A DNA stretch of 59,473 nt from contig CAITOC010000010.1 of assembly GCA_903893925.1 (NCBI GenBank), positions 1-59,473 of the forward strand. The letters are read 5' to 3'. Source of the stretch: Candidatus Moraniibacteriota bacterium. GTDB taxonomy: Bacteria; Patescibacteriota; Minisyncoccia; Moranbacterales; UBA1568. This document shows, piece by piece, positions 18,074 to 24,911 of the stretch (its first letter is position 1; each line of letters opens with the position of its first letter). Position numbers and translations under genes: made by a program. A model generated the notes under the pieces. It saw nothing but the letters and a program-made list of their open reading frames with translations, was not told the origin of the DNA and did not search any database.

Positions 18074-18091
18074 AGAGAGAGAGAGAGAGAG
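18074..18091. repeat. (AG)9 dinucleotide microsatellite, 24-41 nt upstream of the tail-fibre-like gene start
   Basis: agagagagagagagagag counted directly and anchored by the translation of ORF 17965..18156. Confidence 0.9.
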
Positions 18092-18273
18092 GATTTCATA
18101 TATATAACATTCAGGAGGATTTGGATAATACGTACCTCAAATATAGCATGTTTTGAACGGTTGCTCAAACTGCAGTGGCAACCGTGTCAGTGGCAACCGC
18201 AGTGGTCACACAGGGAACGCATCGAGCAGTTCACTGGAATAGGAAAACTCGTAACCGAGCGAGCCGAGCTACA

Positions 18274-18609
18274 TCATTGGGAATGAAACGAAAGGAGCGT
18301 CTCTCGCAACTTTGGCAGATCTTCCTTGCAAGTCTGCCACACGAATATCGCATCCACACCGGTGTATTCGTGTATGAGAATATTCCTCATACCGATGATA
18401 TCCCGAAATGGGATCTCGGCATGTTCCTGCTCAAATAAACGACTCAAACGATTCGTGGCTTCCCCAACAATCATAAGCTCCCGAATGGTCGCGTCTATAA
18501 GGAGATCGGATTTCAAGAAATCCTCGGATTCGACGCCATTCAGATACTTCTCGATTTTCCCGATTGCCTCGAGGATATGCCCGATATACAACGTGTCGTT
18601 CTTTTTCAT
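18274..18609 (-). CDS. hepT: HepT (DUF86) family toxin
   Basis: 111 aa. IIGMRNILIHEYTGVD fits the Rx4HxY motif. It overlaps the upstream MNT gene by 4 nt. Confidence 0.8.
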   Translation of the reverse strand: MKKNDTLYIGHILEAIGKIEKYLNGVESEDFLKSDLLIDATIRELMIVGEATNRLSRLFEQEHAEIPFRDIIGMRNILIHEYTGVDAIFVWQTCKEDLPKLRETLLSFHSQ

Positions 18610-18917
18610 ACGTTTTTCTCGTATACCGACTCTGCATACGAAAGTACATCATCGCGAATGAATTTACTGAGCGCTGTCGGCGTAGCGATATCGACTTTCT
18701 TCTGCAGTCGATTGGAAAAATACCGGTGTATGCCGGCATATTCGAATAATCCGATCCGAGCAAGCGGAGTGAATTCGATCAGCAAATCAACATCGCTATC
18801 CTCACGCGACGTGCCATTGGCGTGCGATCCAAACAAAGATACCTTCCGTATATCATCCCGAAATTCGCTTTGTTCGACTGCTTCCCTGATTTTTTCCTTG
18901 AGTTCCTGTTTGCTCAT
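18606..18917 (-). CDS. mntA: MNT nucleotidyltransferase antitoxin
   Basis: ORF trimmed to ATG 18917 (MSKQELKEKI). LFGSHANGTSREDSDVDLLIEF fits the GSxxxGxxxxxSDxD nucleotidyltransferase motif. Confidence 0.8.
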   Translation of the reverse strand: MSKQELKEKIREAVEQSEFRDDIRKVSLFGSHANGTSREDSDVDLLIEFTPLARIGLFEYAGIHRYFSNRLQKKVDIATPTALSKFIRDDVLSYAESVYEKNV

Positions 18918-19012
18918 AGAGATTCCATTCGATACTGCCAGTATCCGACATTTTTGGAGAAAAATCAATATATATACCTCGGAGCAGAGCCCTGAGGTAT
19001 GTCTCGAATGAA

Positions 19013-19130
19013 CCAAACCGTCACCCTCGAGAGCCGTGCCGACGGCAAGATCGGCGAACTCTCCCACGACGACCTTCTTACGCGATTTGCAAAAGAGAAC
19101 ATCCCGGGAGCCTGCGTTCCCCTGAAATAA
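19013..19130 (+). pseudogene. Displaced 3' fragment of thrS (last ~38 codons, own stop)
   Basis: 19013-19105 aligns with 15201-15293. It translates as QTVTLESRADGKIGELSHDDLLTRFAKENIPGACVPLK*, against QTVTLESRTDGKIGELSHDDLLTRFAKENIPAA* in the live gene. Confidence 0.8.
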
Positions 19131-19146
19131 AACCCGTGTAAAAGAT

Positions 19147-19177
19147 AAGACTCAACCCTCGTCGAAGGTTGAGTCTT
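19147..19177. terminator. Bidirectional hairpin terminator (probable original thrS terminator, also serving the FKBP gene)
   Basis: AAGACTCAACC..GGTTGAGTCTT, with T-rich tracts on both strands. Confidence 0.5.
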
Positions 19178-19261
19178 TAAAGTCCTCTACAAAACAGGGT
19201 CGTGAGAGATTCCCTGTTATCTGTTATCTGTTATCTTCTCCCTGCTAACGGTCATCTATTC

Positions 19262-19930
19262 TTATTTGATCGACAAGAGTTCGACATCGAAGATGAGTGT
19301 CGCATTCGGCGGGATAGAGCCCTGGCCGCTCGCTCCATACCCGAGCGATGCCGGGATGGTCAGTTTCCGCTTCTCCCCGACTTTCATATCCAAAAGACCC
19401 TGGTCCCACCCTTTGATCACCATGCCCTGTCCGAGCGTGAACTGAAATGGGGTCCTCCCTGGATTGAGGCTCGAATCGAACTTCGTCCCGTCCGTGAGTG
19501 TCCCCGTATAATTCACGGTGATCGTATCACCGTTCTTCGTCTTCGCATCTCCTGTCCCGTCGGCCGTCTTCTCGATCTGCAGTTCGGTAACCATAGGACT
19601 TGTCTTATTGGTTGATGTCGTCGTATCCGTTCCATTTCCTCCCGATCCGCCGTTGTCAGATGGTTGTGGCACGGGTTGTTCTCCGGAACCACTCCCACTG
19701 TCGGCCGAAACCGTATTCCCGTGTCCGATATCCGTCACCCCGGTGGTACCGGCACTCCCCGCCGCCGCCCCGATCGACCGCGATGCTTGCCCGGTGGTTT
19801 TCACCTCGATCGTACTCCGATTGCCTTTCGATTCATCCGGGAGCAGCCGGCCTTTCCCGGGTGTCCCGACCAGTATCCAGACGACCACAGCGAACGCAAT
19901 CACTCCCAACAAAAGAAATAGTCTGTTCAT
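19262..19930 (-). CDS. FKBP-type peptidyl-prolyl cis-trans isomerase, membrane anchored with G/S/T-rich linker
   Basis: The C-terminal domain reads [71 protein letters not shown]. Confidence 0.85.
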   Translation of the reverse strand: MNRLFLLLGVIAFAVVVWILVGTPGKGRLLPDESKGNRSTIEVKTTGQASRSIGAAAGSAGTTGVTDIGHGNTVSADSGSGSGEQPVPQPSDNGGSGGNGTDTTTSTNKTSPMVTELQIEKTADGTGDAKTKNGDTITVNYTGTLTDGTKFDSSLNPGRTPFQFTLGQGMVIKGWDQGLLDMKVGEKRKLTIPASLGYGASGQGSIPPNATLIFDVELLSIK

Positions 19931-19954
19931 ACGCGACTCTTAATATCATAGGAC

Positions 19955-19963
19955 AGTATAGCA
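19955..19963 (-). promoter_or_regulatory. Extended -10 box TGCTATACT
   Basis: It lies 25 nt upstream of the FKBP ATG (19930). Confidence 0.4.
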
Positions 19964-20023
19964 TGAGTTCTCTATAATTAAAATACACGCGGGAAGATTG
20001 GTTCTTCCCGCGTGTATATTTCT

Positions 20024-20797
20024 TCATAATCCGGAATGAGAAGCACTGTTCATCGCCAATTCTTCATACTTGAAATGAGGATCCTTGGTGACATTCCGAC
20101 TCACCTTTTCAGCTATCTTCTTTGGCAATATCCCTATGATATCAGCGTTTTTCAACACAACCTCGGCGATCACGACACTCTCCAACGGCTCGAGGTATTG
20201 GTCAACGTACCAAGTGAGTCCTCCGCCGTTCGGACCGGGGTCACACGGAACCTCGTACCGAATCTTCTCGATTCGTTTGTCCTTCGCCGTTTCCCAGAGA
20301 AATTCGAAGACTGCTTCTGAAATCGCCACGTCCCCCTCTTCCGGCGCGGATCCCTTGCTTGGATTCCTATTCAGGAAACGAACACCGCCGGTATCTTTGA
20401 AACGGACTTCCTGATCGGCGATGGTTATCACACCCTCTTTGATTTCCGCATCAAGATAGGTTCCCTCGGTAGGAGTCGTGTTTTCATCGACCGTCCATAT
20501 CCTTCCACTATCCCGACTTGTCGCATATCGTATCATCTCTTCTCGGACGCTGTTCTGTGCGCTAATAAGCAAATCATACGCATCGGATTCTATCTCGATA
20601 CTCCACGTTTCAGCCTCTCCAGGCGCGAGCCTTTCTATATGGACAGCGATGCATTTCGCGCCTCGCTTATAGAAACTGAAATTGTTTTCATTCACGGTCA
20701 CGTATCCGAGTCGAACCGACATCCCATCAGACAATCCTATCGGCAATTCCGACAGCGCATATTTCTTCCTGACCTTCGGCATCGTATTATCCGACAT
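20024..20797 (-). CDS. CYTH-like (triphosphate tunnel) domain protein with central insertion
   Basis: ORF trimmed to ATG 20797, preceded by AGGAGG with a 6-nt spacer. RKKYALSELP..VRLGYV, KIRYEVP....GLTWYVDQYLEPLESVVIAEVVL and VTKDPHFKYEELA parallel the CYTH pattern (ERKFLV..QGYL, KTRY..WEVDVF.G.L.LAEVEL, VTGDPRYYN). Confidence 0.6.
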   Translation of the reverse strand: MSDNTMPKVRKKYALSELPIGLSDGMSVRLGYVTVNENNFSFYKRGAKCIAVHIERLAPGEAETWSIEIESDAYDLLISAQNSVREEMIRYATSRDSGRIWTVDENTTPTEGTYLDAEIKEGVITIADQEVRFKDTGGVRFLNRNPSKGSAPEEGDVAISEAVFEFLWETAKDKRIEKIRYEVPCDPGPNGGGLTWYVDQYLEPLESVVIAEVVLKNADIIGILPKKIAEKVSRNVTKDPHFKYEELAMNSASHSGL

Positions 20798-20953
20798 CTC
20801 AGTCCTCCTTTGTTGACGAATTGATAAAGAATCTGACTTCCCTCTCCGACAGGACACGGTATCGCGAAATGACGCGAACGTCAAGAAAAATCGCATACCG
20901 AACATTCTTCTGCCCGTTCGATTCTCATTACCGTAAGTAAACAAAAGAGAATT

Positions 20954-21045
20954 GGTGATGGGAATTTCGTCCTCGACGCCTGCTGGCGTCTCGTTGTCCA
21001 GGGCAGCGCTGAATGCTTCCTATCCGGTCGCATTCATCGACGCTC
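20954..21045 (-). repeat. 92-nt tRNA-Gly-associated module (3' 12 nt of tRNA-Gly(UCC) plus 80-nt conserved cargo)
   Basis: It differs from 11155-11246 at 3 positions by my alignment. Two of these track the acceptor/T-stem difference between the two tRNA-Gly genes. Confidence 0.7.
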
Positions 21046-21180
21046 AATCCTATATGTATCGCGGGTGATGGGAATCCTCCTCCCCCGTTTTGCTTCTGCA
21101 AAACTCCTCCGGAGCCAGGGTTTCTAGAAAGCGAAATCGTTCGCTTTCTAGAATACCCTTCGATTCCCATCAACTTAGAC

Positions 21181-21217
21181 AACAGAAAAGGACCCCTCAG
21201 AGGGGTCCTTTTCTGTT
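21181..21217. terminator. 17-bp-stem bidirectional terminator downstream of tRNA-Gly(UCC)
   Basis: AACAGAAAAGGACCCCT cag AGGGGTCCTTTTCTGTT. Confidence 0.6.
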
Positions 21218-21221
21218 GCTG

Positions 21222-21294
21222 AGCGGGTGATGGGAATCGAACCCACCTCTCGACCTTGGAAGGGTCGCATAATAAGCCACTATACGACACCCGC
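21222..21294 (-). tRNA. tRNA-Gly(UCC)
   Basis: The reverse complement is GCGGGTGTCGTATAGTGGCTTATTATGCGACCCTTCCAAGGTCGAGAGGTGGGTTCGATTCCCATCACCCGCT, with anticodon loop CTTCCAA. The D-stem is AT-rich and weak. Confidence 0.88.
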
Positions 21295-21371
21295 TGACTT
21301 TTTCCGGGCGGGCACAGGGACCCGCCCCCACGCCCATTTCTCCCCTTACCCCCGTTTCTCCCTTTTTCCCG

Positions 21372-22127
21372 TCATTTCGAAGCTTGCGCTGCCACTCCCG
21401 GTCCCGTCAATCCTGCGAACGGATCGATATGGATATCCTTTTCCTCGATACCGATACCGAGCAAAAGCGCCTTCATCGCATCCGCGAATGCCGGTGCACC
21501 TATCACATAATAGAGCGACTCCTTCCATTCTGGCAAGTGTTTCTCGATCATGTCCGCGGTGATACGACCGCGTTCCTCGCCTTGAAGCGAAGCGGGCTCG
21601 GTTTCGGCTGACAATGTGAACACATAGGTGAAATCCGGAAGAACGATCTTACTGATCTCATTATGGAACGGGATATCCGTAAGGTACCGATTCGAAGCGA
21701 ACAGGGCGTATTTCTTGGGGTCATGCTTCGCGACGGCCTCCAAGAGCATCGCGCGCGCCGGAGCCATGCCGACCCCGCCCGAAAGGATCGCTATCGGACG
21801 CATATCCCCTTCCGGTATGGTCGCATGCCCAAGCGGACTACCGACCGAAATGACATCACCGACCTTCAGGTCCCACATCGTTTTTTTGAATCCCGTCACG
21901 CCCTCGCGCATCACGAACACCAACGCGGTCTCACTCGGTGCGGAAGCGATTGAAAGCGGACGCATCCCCGATCGGATATCCGGCTCCACGAGTCGTTCCA
22001 CAGGGATCCTCAGCATCGCGTACTGCCCCGCGAGGAACGTATATCCTTCCGGTTTCGAAAAATAAAATGCGTGCGTCCGCTCAGCGACCGTTTCGACCTT
22101 CTGGAGCGTGATAGGGAAAAATTCCAT
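21372..22127 (-). CDS. Ferredoxin-NADP reductase-like FAD/NAD(P)-binding oxidoreductase
   Basis: RPLSIAS (RxYS-type FAD motif), GGVGMAPARAML (NAD(P) GGxGxxP motif), 251 aa. Confidence 0.75.
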   Translation of the reverse strand: MEFFPITLQKVETVAERTHAFYFSKPEGYTFLAGQYAMLRIPVERLVEPDIRSGMRPLSIASAPSETALVFVMREGVTGFKKTMWDLKVGDVISVGSPLGHATIPEGDMRPIAILSGGVGMAPARAMLLEAVAKHDPKKYALFASNRYLTDIPFHNEISKIVLPDFTYVFTLSAETEPASLQGEERGRITADMIEKHLPEWKESLYYVIGAPAFADAMKALLLGIGIEEKDIHIDPFAGLTGPGVAAQASK

Positions 22128-22245
22128 ACGAATATCCTTATTTTATATGTCGACAAACCAATATACATGGGAATACTCCGAAATGTACTACGTTCACGGG
22201 ACTATTTGTTTTCCTGGCAAACAAAATGTCATATCACTCAATTTG

Positions 22246-22316
22246 TCGGGGCACTCGGAATCGAACCGAGACTACCTACTCCCAAGGCAGGCGTACTACC
22301 ACTATACTATGCCCCG
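22246..22316 (-). tRNA. tRNA-Pro(UGG)
   Basis: The reverse complement is CGGGGCATAGTATAGTGGTAGTACGCCTGCCTTGGGAGTAGGTAGTCTCGGTTCGATTCCGAGTGCCCCGA, with anticodon loop CTTGGGA. Confidence 0.9.
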
Positions 22317-22380
22317 ATAAATAAATCGTCACATAATCAGGTCTAACCGTCACTATACCAGACTTATTTGCCACGAGTTT

Positions 22381-22477
22381 GGAATCGCCCCGCATACGCG
22401 GGGCGCCCGGCGAATGCCCGGGCGAACCGAGACTACCTACTCCCAAGGCAGGCGTACTACCACTATACTATGCCCCG
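22381..22477 (-). pseudogene. Disrupted duplicate of tRNA-Pro(UGG): 55-nt identical 5' part, 37-nt double-hairpin insert in the T-loop, non-pairing 3' end
   Basis: 22423-22477 is identical to 22262-22316. The insert cgccccgcatacgcggggcgcccggcgaatgcccggg occupies 22386-22422. The downstream CCAAACTCGTGGC cannot pair with the T-stem or acceptor 5' strands. Confidence 0.7.
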
Positions 22478-22570
22478 TTCGCTCTATCTCCTTCGCATAT
22501 ATCAGATGACCTTCAGGTGAGGCTTGCCCCGAGGGTGGCCCGGCACTCTTTCCAGTCTACGGACTCTCCG

Positions 22571-22604
22571 GAAAAAAGCAACATCCCGCCCTTGCGGACG
22601 GGAT
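22571..22604 (-). terminator. Rho-independent terminator downstream of hup
   Basis: On the minus strand: ATCCCG..CGGGAT hairpin followed by GTTGCTTTTTT. Confidence 0.45.
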
Positions 22605-22685
22605 ACTGCCCTATCTTCTGTGTTCGGTTCAACGGAACCGGCCGGTGGAACATTTCTCCAGCCGATTCTCCCCGATACAAAACGT

Positions 22686-22967
22686 CTACTTGACCGCTTC
22701 CTTGAGGGTCTTACCGGCGGTGAATTTCGGAACGGTCATGGCCGGGATGGTGATCTTGGCCTTGGTCTGCGGGTTGATACCCTCGCGAGCCGCACGGTTC
22801 GAGACACGGAACGTGCCGAAACCGGTGATGGTCACCTTGTCGCCCTTGCGGAGCGAGTTCGTGATCTCATCGACGATCGTCTCGATGACGGCCTCGACGT
22901 CCTTCTTCGAAAGGTCGAGCTTGCCGACAACTGCTGAGACGAGCGCGTCTTTGTTTACGTTTGCCAT
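22686..22967 (-). CDS. hup: HU family DNA-binding protein
   Basis: 93 aa. MANVNKDALVSAV..., GFGTFRVSNRAAREGINPQT..I.IPA...PKFTAGK. Confidence 0.92.
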   Translation of the reverse strand: MANVNKDALVSAVVGKLDLSKKDVEAVIETIVDEITNSLRKGDKVTITGFGTFRVSNRAAREGINPQTKAKITIPAMTVPKFTAGKTLKEAVK

Positions 22968-23092
22968 TGTTGTTCACCTGCCTTTCTAGGATCGCGTCCC
23001 GACCGGGGTCGGGAACTGTGTAGGATTACCTCCACGTACCATTCTATCTTTTCGCTGAAAAAAAGCAAATCAGGGCAAACTTGTCAATATTC

Positions 23093-24616
23093 CTATCGGG
23101 CGAATTCGATTGCTCGCGTCTCACGCATGACCACAACCCGGATCTCTCCCGGGTACTTCAGTTCATCCTGGATCCGATCAGCGATCTCGCGCGCGAGCTT
23201 CGACGCGCCAAGATCGTCGGTTTTCCCCGGATTCACGAATACGCGCACTTCGCGACCGGCCTGGATGGCGTATGACTTCTCCACGGCTGGGAACGAGTTG
23301 ATGAGCGCTTCGAGCTCCTCGAGTCGTTTGAGGTACTTCTCCGCGGTTTCCTTGCGAGCTCCGGGGCGACTGGCCGAGATGATATCCGCCGCCGTGACGA
23401 TCGAGGCCTCGACAGAGGTCTGCGGATACTCGTCGTGATGGCTTTTCATTGCGTCGATAACTTCCTTTTGGACATTGAACTTCTCGAGAATGCGAATACC
23501 GATATTCACGTGCGTCCCTTCGATCTCGTGATCGACTGCTTTGCCGATATCGTGCAACAAGCCGGCTTTCTTGGCTATCGCCACGTTCGCGCCAAGCTCG
23601 GCTGCGAGCGCCCCGGCGATATAGGATACTTCGAGAGAATGGAGGAGGACGTTCTGCTTATAGCTGTACCGAAACCTGAGCCGCCCAAGGATATAGAGGA
23701 GCTTCGGATGAAGTCCCGCGACACCAGCCTCGTAAGCAGCCGCCTCTCCAGCCTCTTTGATCTTCTGATCGATGTCCCGTCGGGCCTGCTCGACGGTTTC
23801 CTCGATACGGGCCGGGTGGATGCGCCCGTCGGCGATAAGCTTCTCGAGTGCGACACGAGCCACCTCACGGCGTACTGGATCAAATCCCGAGATTACGACC
23901 GACTCCGGTGTATCATCCACGATGAACTCGACACCGGTCTCCTTTTCGAGCGCGCGGATATTGCGACCCTCCTTGCCGATAATCTTTCCCTTAATGTCGT
24001 CGGATGGGATTGTGACGGTCGTCGTCGTAAATTCCGAAACGTGCGAACGGGAATACTTCTGGATGACAGTCGCCATGAGATTGAGCGCCCGCTCCTCGAC
24101 TTGGTCCGCCCCTTCCCGTTCGAGCTTCACGATACGTGCGGCGACGGCATCCCGGCTTTCCTCCTCAACGAGACGGAAGACTTCTTTGCTCGCATCTTCC
24201 TTGGAAAGGCCGGCGATATTTTCAAGCCGTTTCAATTCCTCGTTCCGAAGCCGTTCGGTTTCCGTCTGGATCGTCCGAATCTCATCTGCCTTTTTCAGAA
24301 GCGACTGTTTTTCTCGATCCGTTTCCTCGAGGCGCTTCTCAAGTTGTTCTTCTCGTTTTTCCACGCGTCGCTTCTGTTCACGGAATTCCTCTTCCTTCGT
24401 CTGTGATTCCCGCTTCGCCTCATCGAGAATCCCGACCGCCTTGTTCTTGGCGTCGAGCGTTATGTCCGCGACTTTCTTTTCTGCCTCCTGAATCATCTTC
24501 TCCGCCTGGCCTTCGGCGGTGGACAGACTTCCTTTAGCCATCGACTGCCGTGTAAAATACCCCAAGATGGCACCGACCGCAAGGGTGCCGGCAACGATCA
24601 AAAACGTGCTTGTCAT
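23093..24616 (-). CDS. rny: Ribonuclease Y
   Basis: N-terminal TM helix, long coiled coil, KH domain (GKIIGKEGRNIRALE) and HD domain (LLHDIGKAVDHE). Confidence 0.92.
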   Translation of the reverse strand: MTSTFLIVAGTLAVGAILGYFTRQSMAKGSLSTAEGQAEKMIQEAEKKVADITLDAKNKAVGILDEAKRESQTKEEEFREQKRRVEKREEQLEKRLEETDREKQSLLKKADEIRTIQTETERLRNEELKRLENIAGLSKEDASKEVFRLVEEESRDAVAARIVKLEREGADQVEERALNLMATVIQKYSRSHVSEFTTTTVTIPSDDIKGKIIGKEGRNIRALEKETGVEFIVDDTPESVVISGFDPVRREVARVALEKLIADGRIHPARIEETVEQARRDIDQKIKEAGEAAAYEAGVAGLHPKLLYILGRLRFRYSYKQNVLLHSLEVSYIAGALAAELGANVAIAKKAGLLHDIGKAVDHEIEGTHVNIGIRILEKFNVQKEVIDAMKSHHDEYPQTSVEASIVTAADIISASRPGARKETAEKYLKRLEELEALINSFPAVEKSYAIQAGREVRVFVNPGKTDDLGASKLAREIADRIQDELKYPGEIRVVVMRETRAIEFAR

Positions 24617-24837
24617 ACGGAAAGAGGTTCCCGAAAGAGACAGTAGGAGGATAGAGCCGGTTATTCAGCCATCCTCGTCGAAAAACATGAAGAAAAGGAA
24701 TCCGGGAGATGCCCTGGAAAGTTTCGTATAGCCAAACGATAAGAGAATCCGCTTCCTTTCATACGCTTCCGTCCGCTGCCACAAAGGGAGGATACAAATA
24801 GTTAGATGCGGATTCATGATAGCCGACGGGAAACCTT

Positions 24838-24867
24838 TTGTCAAAGCGGAACGTACAATGGTATACT
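24838..24867 (+). promoter_or_regulatory. Promoter: -35 TTGTCA, 18-nt spacer, extended -10 TGGTATACT
   Basis: -35 at 24838-24843, TGGTATACT at 24859-24867. It overlaps the two upstream in-frame ATGs of the gpmI ORF, which argues for a downstream start. Confidence 0.5.
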
Positions 24868-24911
24868 GTGAAATATCGACTCCACAACATTACAAAACTA
24901 AGAAAAAAACT

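Noticed and set aside
15201-19105. Diversity-generating retroelement (TR/VR pair) as an explanation for the duplicated thrS and LTD termini
   Set aside because: The differences are mostly synonymous transitions at third codon positions, not adenine-specific substitutions. There is no reverse transcriptase in the window.
22386-22422. The 37-nt insert as a bona fide tRNA intron in a second functional tRNA-Pro gene
   Set aside because: After removing the insert, the 3' sequence (ATTCCAAACTCGTGGC) cannot form the T-stem (CCAAA versus CTCGG) or the acceptor stem with CGGGGCA. It is therefore called a pseudogene.
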